64,000 nt of DNA from Candidatus Eiseniibacteriota bacterium (GTDB lineage: Bacteria; Eisenbacteria; RBG-16-71-46; CAVPCR01), in contig CAVPCR010000001.1 of the NCBI GenBank assembly GCA_963702435.1, positions 1,024,001 to 1,088,000 on the forward strand, given 5' to 3'. Shown piece after piece: positions 38,504 to 48,685 of this stretch; position 1 is the stretch's first letter; each line of letters begins with the position of its first letter. The notes under the pieces were generated by a model, which saw nothing but the letters and a program-made list of their open reading frames with translations, had not been told where the DNA came from and did not search any database. The position numbers were made by a program, and so were the translations under genes.

Positions 38504-38665
38504 CTACCGCAGCAGTTTCCGCGAGCGAGCCCGTCCAAGGCTCGGGTTCCCGGGCTCCAGCCCGGGTCGCGGTGCCCGCGAGGCACTGCCGCCTGCAGGC
38601 CTTCCCCGGCCCTCCCGCAGGCCCCGAAAGTCGGGTTCTCGTTCGCTAAGGCTTTATTCAACATA

Positions 38666-40683
38666 ATGATAGACGATAGTGCCCCTCTCGGGCGCCCGCG
38701 CGCTCTGTCTTGCCGCGGGCGCTCTATCCGGCATGCCTTCCCGGGCCCTCTCCGCCATCGGGCGGGGTGGCTCGCCTCCGCGGCTCTCGTCGCCCTCGTC
38801 CTGTCGCCCCAGGGGTCCGAGCCGAAGGATCCTTCCCCGGGCCCGGGCCCGGGCCCGGCCGGCGCCACCCCCCCTGCCGTCCACGCCGGACCGACCGCTT
38901 CCCCCTGGGATCCGCGGGATCCGCGGGCGACCCGGCCGGAGGGACCAAGCGCGCCGCGGCGATGACTGCCGCATCGGCCATCGTGGCTCCGGACGGGGCG
39001 GTCGCGGTGCTCCTGCCGGTGGACACGGTCTGGGATCCGAAGGCGACCCCCTTTCAACTCCTCGGGTCGCAGTCGGGCCTGCATCGCGTGGCTCCGAGCT
39101 ACGATCCCGAGACGCGGACCCTGTCGCTGACACCCCGCCGGCCCTTCCTTCCCGGCGAGTGCCTCCGTCTCGCGATCGCGCGCACCGAGACATCGCCGGG
39201 AACGCTCATCACCTTCCGCGTCGCCGCGAGCCGGGCGCCGGCGCAGTTTGTGCGCGTCGCGCGCCTCGCCACGGGCACGGGCCCCAGCATGCTCGCCGCC
39301 GCGGACCTCGACGCGGACGGCGATCCTGACCTCGTGGCCAGCGACGTCCAGGGGGACGACGCGATCCACGTCTTCCTGAACGACGGCGGCTTCAGCTTCA
39401 CGACGCTCATCGTGCCCCTCGCCGGGATCGAGGATCCGAGTCGTTTCGCCGTCGCCGACCTCGACCGCGACGGGCGTCTCGATCTCGTCGTCCCCGGCGA
39501 GACCTCGGGCCACCTGATGGTCCTGCGTGGCCGCGGGGACGGACGCTTCACCGCAAGTCCCCTCCGCGCGCTCGAGTCCTCCTCGCCCGTGCATGCGCTG
39601 GCCGCCGATCTCGACCTCGACGGGCAGGACGAGATCGTGATCGCGCACCTCAGGAGCGCCGACCGCATCGCGATCGTCGCCGGGGACGCCGGCGGGAGCT
39701 TCGGGCGGGAACGGCGCGTGCGGACCGGACGCGGCATCGGATCGCTCGCCGTGGCTGACCTCGACGGCGACCAGGATCTGGACCTCGCCGCGGCGAACGA
39801 GGACAGCGATCAGCTCCTCCTCTTCCACAATCAGGGGGATGGACGCTTCGAGCTCGCCGCCACGCTCAAGACCGGAGATCGCCCGGAAGCGGTCGCCGCC
39901 GGCGATCTGAACGGAGATGCGATCCCCGATCTCGTGACCACGAACCAGGGAGCGAACGACATCTCGGTGTTCATCGCCCGGGCGGGGACTGACGCCCGCG
40001 GCGAGATCGATTACGCGGATCCGGTGGCCTACGTGACGGGGGATCGACCCTTCATCCCCGCGCTCGCGGATCTCGACGGCGATGGCGATCTCGACCTCGC
40101 CGTGCCGGGACTCCTCTCCGACGACGTGACCGTGCTCCTGAACCAGGGGCAGGGCCGATTCACGCGCGGCGCGCGCTTCGGCGTGGATCCGGGTCCGATC
40201 AGCGTGCAGGCCGCCGATTTCGACGGCGACGGCGCGCTCGATCTCGCGGTCGTGAGTTCGATCGCCGATAACGTGACGCTCTACCGCAACGCGGCTCTGG
40301 TCCCGCCGGGACCGATCGGAGAGGGTGGCAGGACCGCCGGCGCCAGATCCGGCGGGGCCGCCAGCGTCGCCGGCGCGAACGCGGGCGCCCGGGACGGCGA
40401 GGCGCCGCCGCAGGAGCTCGCGCAGAACGTGCCCAATCCATTCAATCCGGCGACCGAGATCCCGTTCCAGCTGGAACGGGAAGGGCATGTGCTCCTGGTC
40501 GTGTTCAACTCGTCGGGCAAGATCGTGCGCACGCTCGTCGATGAGCATCGTGCAGCCGGCGCCCATGTCGCCGTCTGGGATGGCACCACCGACGCCGGCG
40601 AGAAGGCGCCGAGCGGAACCTACTTCTACCGCCTGACCACGGACGACACGGTCGAGCTCCGGCGCATGACCCTCCTCCGCTGA
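38666..40683 (+). CDS. secreted FG-GAP/VCBS repeat protein with FlgD-Ig CTD; 5' end uncertain or frameshifted
   Basis: Seven ADLDxDGxxDL repeats and a CTD in the 38710 frame; a signal-like hydrophobic stretch (WLASAALVALVLS) lies in a different frame at 38666-38965. Confidence 0.75.
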
Positions 40684-40719
40684 TCCGCAGTGCGCCGCGC
40701 GTCGTCCGAACGTCAGGTC

Positions 40720-41292
40720 TCAGGGCACGACGACGACCGAGGCGACCCCTCCGGCGCCATCCCCGCCGCGATCCGGATTCCCCGAATCCACGATCCACCG
40801 CCGGCCGTCGAGCAGGTACTTGTAGACGTAGCGGCCGCGCGGCGGGAGCGGCACGAATCCCACCCACAGGCTGTCGTCCGCCCCGCGCCGCACAAGCTCG
40901 TGCTGGTTCGGCACCCATCCATTGAAGGTGCCGGCCACGAACAGGCTGTGCGCCGAACGCTCCGCACAGGTGAAGAGGATCCCGCCCGAAAGCAGCCGCG
41001 GTGACGACGGTGCGAGCGCGGCGAGATCCTCCGGCGAGAGCTGGGCGGTGCGCGCCACGGCGAGCGCGCCGGCCGCCATCGAATCGGCAGCCTGGGCTTC
41101 CGGGACGCGGGCCTGCTGCCCGGCAAGCCCGGCGGCCGGAGCGGCCGTCTGCGAGCGCGAGGCGCAGGACGCGATCGCGCAGCCGGCGAGAACCGGAAGG
41201 AACCACTTCGCGATCGCTCCGGGCACCGCGCGGGACGGCCCCTCCCCCGGTCTCCGCGCCCGCCCGACCTGGTTCGAGAGATTCGATCGCAT
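40720..41292 (-). CDS. putative lipoprotein with a glycogen-binding (CBM48/AMPK-beta, isoamylase early-set) domain
   Basis: LFVAGTFNGW, GRYVYKYLLDG..WIVD..NP; lipobox-like LAGC/IASC; start uncertain. Confidence 0.75.
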   Translation of the reverse strand: MRSNLSNQVGRARRPGEGPSRAVPGAIAKWFLPVLAGCAIASCASRSQTAAPAAGLAGQQARVPEAQAADSMAAGALAVARTAQLSPEDLAALAPSSPRLLSGGILFTCAERSAHSLFVAGTFNGWVPNQHELVRRGADDSLWVGFVPLPPRGRYVYKYLLDGRRWIVDSGNPDRGGDGAGGVASVVVVP

Positions 41293-41737
41293 CGTCCGCA
41301 TCCTCGCCGCCGCATTCGCCTCGAGCCCGGATCCTCCGGCCTGCGGTGTCAAACCCGCGGCGGCCCTCCGTTCAAGGCCTGGGGAGGCCGCCCCGGGCCC
41401 GGCGGGGCTGTCCCACCTCGCGGTGGGGCTGTCCCACCTCGCGGAGGGGTGCCGTCGGGTCGTTGCCGGTCAGGTCCCGTGCCTGCGGCCACCACGCCGG
41501 GAGTTGCCCGGGGACGCCCGCGGGGGTACCATGGCGCCGCCGGAGATCGGCCGCCTCGCGCAGCACTATGCCGAGGCGGGCTCCGGCAGGCAACCTGTCC
41601 CCCAGCCCAGCGCCCATTTCCCCCACGTTCCGTTTCCGGCTCGGAGGCGGTGGACACGGCGAACTCGAGGTGTCCACACCGTCCGGGAATCATGGGGCTC
41701 CGCTCGTCGGGGGCTCCGGGATGGGAGATACCGTGTC

Positions 41738-43360
41738 ATGCCCAGATTGAGCCGATCCGTCCACATCGCTCTGCGCCCCTGCTTGCCCATGGCGCTCTTC
41801 GGTTGCCTGATCCTCCTCCTGGCCGCCTCCTGCGGCGACGACGGCCCGACCAACCCGAACGGCAACGACGCAAAGGGGTACATCGCCGGCTTCGCGTTCA
41901 TCCTCGAGCCGGAGCACATGACGCAGATCAAGATCGAGATCTTCGACGCGGACGATGAGAAGGTGAGCACGGTCTTCCCCGACGACGAGGGGCGCTTCGT
42001 GAGCGATCCCCTCGAGCAGGGCACCTACGATGTCACCGCGTCGATCGAGCTCCCGGGCTACTTCCCCGGACGCCTCAACAACGTCGTGGTCGTACCGGAC
42101 GACACGACCGCAGTCGAGATCGCCGTGCAGGACACCTCGCGCGTGCAGTTCTCCAATCTGCTGCCCGAAGATAACTCCCAGTACGTCGAGCGCCGGCCGC
42201 TCATCGGGGGCGAGTTCCGGAGCGCCGGGGCCGGCTACCGCCTGAACTCCTTCGATCTGCGCATGAACGGCGAACCCATCACGGACGTCGAGATCACGGA
42301 GATCGACCCGGAGCACCACGCGACCTTCGCCTACACGCCGCCGGCCAACCTGCGGCCGGGCTGGGTGGAGTTGCGGCTCAGCGTCTTCACGCAGGCCAAC
42401 AACCAGTCGGTCACCGCCTGGCGCTTCTACATCCTCGAAGGCATCGCGCGCCGCGTGCCGAGCGAGTATCCGACCATCCAGAGCGCGCTCCTTGCGTGCA
42501 ACGACGGGGACACGGTGCTCGTCGCACCCGGCACCCACGACGCGAACCAGATCACCGTGCTCACCGACGTGGTGTTCTTGAGCGAGAGCGGCCCCGATGC
42601 GACCACGCTCCGCGCCTCCGACGACCGGCATTTCCGGATCCCGGGGATCGACCGCCGGGTGACCATCAAGGGATTCACCCTGACCGGCGGCCGCACGAGC
42701 CCCGTGGAGCCGGGCGGGTCGATCCTCATCGACGAGGCGGATGTCCTCATCGAGAACTGCATCTTCACCGACAACTCGTCGGGTGACCGCGGCGGCGCCG
42801 TGGCCATCTTCGACTCCTACTCGCGAGTCCACAACTGCTCGTTCATCGCCAATCGCGGCTATCGCGGGGGCGCCATCGCCGTCTTCGACCGTGCCGCGCC
42901 GGAGATCACGAACTGCGTCTTCATCCGCAACATCGGGACCAACGGCCTGGGCGGGGCGATCTTCGTGCGCTCGGCCGCCGCCAGCGTGTACAACAACACC
43001 TTCTACCGGAACGAGGCGGCCCAGGGCAGCGGGATCTACCTCGACTTCGACCCGGTCCCGGCCTTCGTCACGAGCGACTCGAACATCTTCGCCGAGAACA
43101 GGGCCGCGACCGGCGGCGGCACGATCGTCTTCAACTCCTCGCAGCTCAGCTCGAACTGCGACGGCTTCCATCGCAACGTGGGCTTGCTCATCGACGGGAT
43201 CGGCGGCGCTCCGGAGGTGAACCGGATTCTCGACCTGGCGTCCGATGCGGATCCCATGTACTGCGATGCGGGCGCCGAGGACCTCCACCTCCAGCCCGGA
43301 TCCCCCTTCAATGACGCTGAGTGTCAACGCGGAGCCTATCCCCCAGGATGCAATCCCTGA
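41738..43360 (+). CDS. lipoprotein with Ig-like region and right-handed parallel beta-helix repeats
   Basis: LLAASC lipobox; RRVPSEYPTIQSA, GDTVLVAPG; repeated NC.F..N...GGA motifs; DLHLQPGSP. Confidence 0.8.
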   Translation: MPRLSRSVHIALRPCLPMALFGCLILLLAASCGDDGPTNPNGNDAKGYIAGFAFILEPEHMTQIKIEIFDADDEKVSTVFPDDEGRFVSDPLEQGTYDVTASIELPGYFPGRLNNVVVVPDDTTAVEIAVQDTSRVQFSNLLPEDNSQYVERRPLIGGEFRSAGAGYRLNSFDLRMNGEPITDVEITEIDPEHHATFAYTPPANLRPGWVELRLSVFTQANNQSVTAWRFYILEGIARRVPSEYPTIQSALLACNDGDTVLVAPGTHDANQITVLTDVVFLSESGPDATTLRASDDRHFRIPGIDRRVTIKGFTLTGGRTSPVEPGGSILIDEADVLIENCIFTDNSSGDRGGAVAIFDSYSRVHNCSFIANRGYRGGAIAVFDRAAPEITNCVFIRNIGTNGLGGAIFVRSAAASVYNNTFYRNEAAQGSGIYLDFDPVPAFVTSDSNIFAENRAATGGGTIVFNSSQLSSNCDGFHRNVGLLIDGIGGAPEVNRILDLASDADPMYCDAGAEDLHLQPGSPFNDAECQRGAYPPGCNP

Positions 43361-44751
43361 TCAACGACAGATGGGGCGAGCGGAAGCGGCAGCGGCCGCT
43401 CGCCCCGCGTCTTCCCCTCTGCACGATCCTCCTCCTCGCGGCGGCAGCGGCGGCGACCGGAGCGGCAGCCGACCCCCCGGCCGCAGACCCGACCTCGGCA
43501 CCTGCCGGCACGCCGGCGGCGTTCCTCGGCCCGCCGACCTTCAGGTACGAAGAGCGCATCCCGCTCTCGCGCGAGCAGCACGCGCAGGCCGTCTCCGCCG
43601 TCAATCACATCTACAACTTCGAGTTCGAGGCGGCCCTCAGCGAGGCGAAGGCGATCGACGCGGTCGACCCGAAGAGCCCGCTCGGCGACCTCCTCCTTGC
43701 CGAGGCCTACTGGTGGCAGGCGATCAACAACCTCGACCGGCCCGAGTTCGTGACCGAGTTCCGCAAGCATGCGAACGCCGGCATCGCCGCCAGCGAGAAG
43801 CTCCTCGAACGCGACGATCGCGACCCGTTCGCTCTGTTCGCCCTCGGCGGGCTCAACGGGCGGAAGGCCATCCTCGACGGCCTCACCGGGAAGCGGCTCG
43901 AATCGGTCAACACGGCGGTCACCGCCCGGAAGTACCTCAGGCTCCTGAATCGCTACCACCCCGACATGGAGGACGCGTACTTCGGGCTCGGGGTCTACGA
44001 TTACTTCGCGGCGGAACTCCCGTGGTTCGCCCGCCTTCTCTCGCGCTTCCTGCTCGGCCTCGCCGGCGACAAGGAGCGCGGTCTCGCCGAGATGGAGCGG
44101 GCGGCGCGGGGAGGGCTCTTCACACAGGTCGACTCCCGCGTCTTCCTCGCCATCGCCTACCTGGATACCGAGGGGCGGTACGACGAAGCGCTCGCCATCC
44201 TCCGGGGTCTCCACGACACCTATCCGCGCAATCTGGACTTCTACGGCATGCTCGGCTTCGCCTACCGGACGGAGAAGGACTGGGACAACGCGATCGCCAT
44301 CCTCGAGGAGATGGTCGCCAAGGCGAAGACCGAGCCCGTCCTCGGTCGCCAGTCGCGCGACATGACGACCTACTTCCTGGCCAACACCTACAAGGTGGCC
44401 GGGCTCTTCGACCGCGCGGCACCGCTTCTCGACGAGGTCGTCACCGACCCCAATCCCGCCACGCAGTGGCTCACGGCGACCGCCCTGATCGAGCGCGGGC
44501 GGGTCCACGATGCGGAGGGGAGACGCATGGCGGCGATCAACGACTACCAGCGCGTCCTCACCCTCAAGGACTTCCGCGGCTCCCACGACAAGGCCCGCTC
44601 TCACATCTCCACGGCCTACGTGGTGCCGGCCGAGGAACGGAGTCACTACGTGAAAGCGGGCGGCGCGAGCGGGGCGGACAGCGGCGAAGGCGGCACCGGC
44701 CGCCCGGCGACGCCGGCGGGCGGCGAGAACCGCGCTTCGGACTTGCGCTGA
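43348..44751 (+). CDS. secreted tetratricopeptide repeat protein
   Basis: Hydrophobic leader; DAYFGLGVYDY..., GDKERGL; TPR-like helices; start uncertain. Confidence 0.65.
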   Translation: MQSLINDRWGERKRQRPLAPRLPLCTILLLAAAAAATGAAADPPAADPTSAPAGTPAAFLGPPTFRYEERIPLSREQHAQAVSAVNHIYNFEFEAALSEAKAIDAVDPKSPLGDLLLAEAYWWQAINNLDRPEFVTEFRKHANAGIAASEKLLERDDRDPFALFALGGLNGRKAILDGLTGKRLESVNTAVTARKYLRLLNRYHPDMEDAYFGLGVYDYFAAELPWFARLLSRFLLGLAGDKERGLAEMERAARGGLFTQVDSRVFLAIAYLDTEGRYDEALAILRGLHDTYPRNLDFYGMLGFAYRTEKDWDNAIAILEEMVAKAKTEPVLGRQSRDMTTYFLANTYKVAGLFDRAAPLLDEVVTDPNPATQWLTATALIERGRVHDAEGRRMAAINDYQRVLTLKDFRGSHDKARSHISTAYVVPAEERSHYVKAGGASGADSGEGGTGRPATPAGGENRASDLR

Positions 44752-44782
44752 ACGCGCGGGGATATCATCGGGGCGGGCGACG

Positions 44783-46879
44783 GTGATGTGGGCGGGTGCG
44801 CTGGCTTTCCTCCTCCCGTTCGCGCTCTACATCGCGACCCGCGCGCCCGATCTCACCTTCATCGACTCGGGCGAGCTGGCGGCGGCCGCGGCCACGCTCG
44901 GCATCCCGCACCCTACCGGGTATCCGCTCTACACGCTCCTCGGGCGCGCGCTCTGCGCGCTCCCCGGGCCGCTCGCCCCGATCACGCGGCTCACGCTCTT
45001 CTCGGCGGCGGCCGGCGCCGGCGCCGCGGCGCTCGTCTACGCCACGGGGCGCCGCCTCCTCGCGGCGACGGGTCTCCCGCGCCCGGCGGCCACCGCCGGC
45101 GGGCTCGCCGCCGGACTCCTCCTCGCCGCGGGCCGGACCGTGTGGGGGCAAGCGGTCATCGTCGAGGTGTACGCGCTCCACCTCCTTCTCGTCGCCGCGC
45201 TCCTCCACCTCGCGCTCCGCGCGACGACGGAGGAACGAGGCGGCATCGGGGACAGCGGCATCGGGGACAGCGGCGGCGGTGACGGGGACGGCCAGGGCCA
45301 TGAGGGGCGCGGCCACGGCGGCCATCAGCGCCATCTCCTGCTACTCGCCTACGGCGCGGGTCTCACCGTCGGGAATCACCTCTCGACGATCTTCCTCCTG
45401 CCGGTGCTCGCGATCTGGATCCTGCGCGCGGGCGGGTCTGCCGCGCTGCGCCGCGACGGGCTCCGGCTCGCCCTCGCCTTTCTCGCCGGCGCCTCGATCT
45501 ACGCGTACCTGCCGCTCCGCTCGGCCCTCGACCCGCCGCTCGACTGGGGCGATCCCGCGGAGAACCTCGGCGCCTTCTACCGGCACGCGACCGGCGCCGT
45601 CTATCGCGTGTGGTTCCTGTCCGGCACGGCGGTCGCCGGGAAGCAGCTCGTGCGCTTCATCGAGCTCCTGACGGTCGAGATGACGCCGCTCGCGCTCCTG
45701 CCGGCCGCCGCCGGGCTCGTCATCCTCTGGCGGCGCGCGCGGCGCGCGGCGGAAGCGACCACGCTCCTCTTCCTGCTCAACGTTGCCTACGCCATCAACT
45801 ACGACATCCACGACATCGACTCGTACTTCCTGCCGGCCTTCCTGGTCCTCGCGCTGTGGGCGGGGACGGGCATCGGCGCCGCGTTCGCGGCGCTCGTCGC
45901 TCGCGGCGGCGCGACGGCGAGACGCGCGCCGGCCGTGGCGGCCGCCGCCCTTGCCGTCCCGGTCATCGCCATCGCCTGGAACTTCCGCGCGGCCGACCAG
46001 CACACCAATCACCTGGTTCCCGACTACACCGCGGCCATGTTCGCCTCGCTCGAGCCCGGGGCTGTGATCCTGAGCCGCCAGTGGGATCACTTCTGCTCGG
46101 CCGCGATCTACGAGCAGCTCGTGCGCGAGAGGCGGCACGACGTCACGATCGTCGAGAAGGAGCTCCTCCGCCGCCGCTGGTACCTCCGGCAACTCGGGCG
46201 ATGGGATCCCGAGCTCACGGCCGGCTGCCGGGACCTGATCGCCGAGTTCGATGCGGCGCTCATTCCCTTCGAGGCGAAGCGGGCGGTCGACGGGGAGGCT
46301 CTGCAGGCGCTCTACGTCGAGATGATCAATTGCCTCCTCGCGCGGGCGGCGGCGACGCGGCCCACCTATCTCACTCCCGACGCTCTCGAGCCCGGAATCG
46401 CCCGCGACTGGACGCCGGTCCCCGCGGGGCTCGCCATGCGGCTCTACCGGGAACTGCCGCCGGAGCCGCCGCCCGCCCCGGAGCCGCCGCCTCTCGACAC
46501 GGTCCGGGATCTCGCCGCCGCGTTCGCGAGCGGGATCCCGCTCCGCGAGCAGCTGGCCGGCCTCGTGCTCGAGATGGAGGCCCGGCGCGCGATCTATCTC
46601 TACGAAACGGGAGACCCGGCCGCCGCCATCGCCGCGCTCGACCGCGTGCTGGCGCGCGTTCCTGCCTACACGAACGCCACGCGCGTGCGGAACGCGATGC
46701 GCGCGGAGAGCGAGAACGCGCGCGCCCCACGAGGGCCGGCCGGCAGCGGCGGCACAACCGGCAGCGGCGGCGCAACCGGCGGCGGCACATCCGGCGGCGG
46801 CGGCACAACCGGCAGCGGCGGCGCGGCCGGCGGCTCCGGCGGCGGCGGACCGGATCGCCGGACCGGGCGCGAACCTTGA
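44783..46879 (+). CDS. DUF2723 / TMEM260-like GT-C membrane protein
   Basis: APDLTFIDSGEL, LGIPHPTGYPLY, QAVIVEVYAL, GNHL, YLPLRS..DPPLDWGDP, YFLP; Gly-rich repetitive tail. Confidence 0.88.
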   Translation: MMWAGALAFLLPFALYIATRAPDLTFIDSGELAAAAATLGIPHPTGYPLYTLLGRALCALPGPLAPITRLTLFSAAAGAGAAALVYATGRRLLAATGLPRPAATAGGLAAGLLLAAGRTVWGQAVIVEVYALHLLLVAALLHLALRATTEERGGIGDSGIGDSGGGDGDGQGHEGRGHGGHQRHLLLLAYGAGLTVGNHLSTIFLLPVLAIWILRAGGSAALRRDGLRLALAFLAGASIYAYLPLRSALDPPLDWGDPAENLGAFYRHATGAVYRVWFLSGTAVAGKQLVRFIELLTVEMTPLALLPAAAGLVILWRRARRAAEATTLLFLLNVAYAINYDIHDIDSYFLPAFLVLALWAGTGIGAAFAALVARGGATARRAPAVAAAALAVPVIAIAWNFRAADQHTNHLVPDYTAAMFASLEPGAVILSRQWDHFCSAAIYEQLVRERRHDVTIVEKELLRRRWYLRQLGRWDPELTAGCRDLIAEFDAALIPFEAKRAVDGEALQALYVEMINCLLARAAATRPTYLTPDALEPGIARDWTPVPAGLAMRLYRELPPEPPPAPEPPPLDTVRDLAAAFASGIPLREQLAGLVLEMEARRAIYLYETGDPAAAIAALDRVLARVPAYTNATRVRNAMRAESENARAPRGPAGSGGTTGSGGATGGGTSGGGGTTGSGGAAGGSGGGGPDRRTGREP

Positions 46880-46978
46880 CCCGGCCGGCGCGCCCTTGTT
46901 ACGGTGCGAGGCCATTCGAACGCACAACGCTCCCCCGAACCGGGCACCACCGACCGCCGGCCCGCAAGGACACGCTCC

Positions 46979-47686
46979 ATGTTCTCGACCAGGATTCCCA
47001 TTGCCGCCGCCCGTGATCCGCAGACCGGTCTCATCCCCTGCCTCGCCTGCACCCAGTGCTGCCACTACGTGGCCATCGAGGTCGACACGCCCGAGTCGCG
47101 CCGGGATTTCGACAACATCCGCTGGTACCTCTATCACCCGGGAATCGAGGTCTTCATCGACCAGGATGACAACTGGAACGTCCTCTTCCACTCGCGCTGC
47201 GAGAACCTGCAGGACGACGGGAAGTGCGGCGTCTACGAGACCCGCCCCGCGATCTGCCGCGAGTACGACAACACGAGCTGCGAGCCGAACAACGATGAGC
47301 CGGCCGAGAAGGTGATCCTCCGCACGGCGGCGGATCTCGACCACTGGATGCGCATCACGCGCACGCAGGATCGCCTCGTCCTCCAGGAGGCGGCGGCCGA
47401 GCGCCGGCGCGAACGACGCGCGGCGGCGCGCGCCGCGGCCCTTGCCGGGACGGACGCCGGGGCGAAGGGCCGCGGCAAGAGGGCCGCCCAGGCCGGAACC
47501 AAGGGCCGGACCAAGGCGGGTGGCCGGGCTCGCAGCGGCGCGCGGGCGGAGTCGGCGGTCACGCGCACCCACGCCGGCGCTTCCCCGGCCGGCAGGAAGA
47601 ACGGCCGCCCTCCTCGAGCCGGCCGCAATGGCGGGCCGAAGACCGCCTCGCCGGCGCGGTCCGGGTCCGGCCGCGCCTCCCGATAG
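46979..47686 (+). CDS. YkgJ family (CxxCxxCC) Fe-S/zinc cluster protein with a basic low-complexity tail
   Basis: CLACTQCC, C.NL..DG.C.VYETRP.ICREY. Confidence 0.85.
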   Translation: MFSTRIPIAAARDPQTGLIPCLACTQCCHYVAIEVDTPESRRDFDNIRWYLYHPGIEVFIDQDDNWNVLFHSRCENLQDDGKCGVYETRPAICREYDNTSCEPNNDEPAEKVILRTAADLDHWMRITRTQDRLVLQEAAAERRRERRAAARAAALAGTDAGAKGRGKRAAQAGTKGRTKAGGRARSGARAESAVTRTHAGASPAGRKNGRPPRAGRNGGPKTASPARSGSGRASR

Positions 47687-47692
47687 CCTGGT

Positions 47693-47830
47693 CCGGGCCT
47701 CCCGGTAGCGTGGGCCGGGGCCTCCCGGTAACCGGCCGGGCCTCCCGGTAGCGTGGGCCGGGGCCTCCCGGTAACCGGCCGGGCCTCGCGCCCGCCGTCC
47801 CATGCCGGTCCGGGGGCCTCGCGCCCGCCG
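47693..47830. repeat. tandem repeat: 2 x 43 bp (4 x GGGCCTCCCGGTA) plus two GGGCCTCGCGCCCGCCG copies
   Basis: Core copies at 47695, 47718, 47738 and 47761; variants at 47781 and 47814. Confidence 0.85.
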
Positions 47831-47944
47831 GACCCGCCTGGGGTGCATCCGCCTTCGTCCCCTTCACCCCGTTTTCAATCAAGCCGGTCCCGAGCCAGGC
47901 CGATACACCCACTGGGGCCTTTCCCACAACCGTCCTAGGGGGAG

Positions 47945-48547
47945 ATGAAGATGTTCAATTCCGGAAGCAAGCAGACCATGCGTGAGGAGCCGCGCGAGAT
48001 GTCCCGGCCGGTCGAGAGCGGCAGCCGTTCGGGTTCGGCGAGCAGCACGGTGATCGGCGAGGGTGCGCACATCGACGGATCGATCAAGGTCACCGGTTCG
48101 CTGCGCGTGGACGGGGAGATCGAGGGCGGGGCCGTGATCACGACCGAGAACCTGAACGTGGGCGCCAAGGGCCAGATCAAGGCCGATCTCGCCGTCAAGC
48201 AGGCGATCATCTCGGGCACGGTCAATGGCAAGATCCGCGCGCGCGAGCGCGTGGAACTCCTCGCCGGCGCGCACGTGCGCGGCGATGTGTATGCGCAGAG
48301 CTTCAAGATCGAGGATGGCGTCTTCTTCCACGGCACCTGCGTCATGGGCGAGGCGGCGGCCTCCGAGGTCGAGGCGGCGATGGCTCCCGTGACCAAGATG
48401 AGCGACTCGAGCCACAAGAACCAGCGCGGTCAGACCGGCCCGAGCGCGACGAGCACGACGACCGGCCCGACCACGACCAGCGGCAGCGAGAAGTCGAACG
48501 TCACGGACATCCCGCACCCGTACCAGAGCGACAAGCGCGCCGCCTAG
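47945..48547 (+). CDS. bactofilin (polymer-forming cytoskeletal protein)
   Basis: TVIGEG..IDGSI....LRVDGEIEG, VGAKG.IKADL, ISGTVNGKI, GDV....KIEDG..F.G.C.M. Confidence 0.92.
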   Translation: MKMFNSGSKQTMREEPREMSRPVESGSRSGSASSTVIGEGAHIDGSIKVTGSLRVDGEIEGGAVITTENLNVGAKGQIKADLAVKQAIISGTVNGKIRARERVELLAGAHVRGDVYAQSFKIEDGVFFHGTCVMGEAAASEVEAAMAPVTKMSDSSHKNQRGQTGPSATSTTTGPTTTSGSEKSNVTDIPHPYQSDKRAA

Positions 48548-48585
48548 CGGTCGCGCCGAGCGGCTCCGGCCGAGGCCCCCCGGGC

Positions 48586-48630
48586 GAAGCCCCCGTGCGC
48601 AGCGCATGAAGCGCTGCACGCGGGGGCTTC
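48586..48630. terminator. long hairpin between convergent bactofilin and cutA genes
   Basis: GAAGCCCCCG...GCAGCGC-ATGAA-GCGCTGC...CGGGGGCTTC. Confidence 0.45.
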
Positions 48631-48685
48631 CTGTTGGCGGGGCCGACCTCCGGCGGGGCGGGAGCCCCTTCCGGCCGGGGCGGCT

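Noticed and set aside
38510..38590. tRNA gene
   Set aside because: Cloverleaf-like stems are present, but there is no T-loop GTTCRA, no D-loop consensus and no 7-nt anticodon loop.
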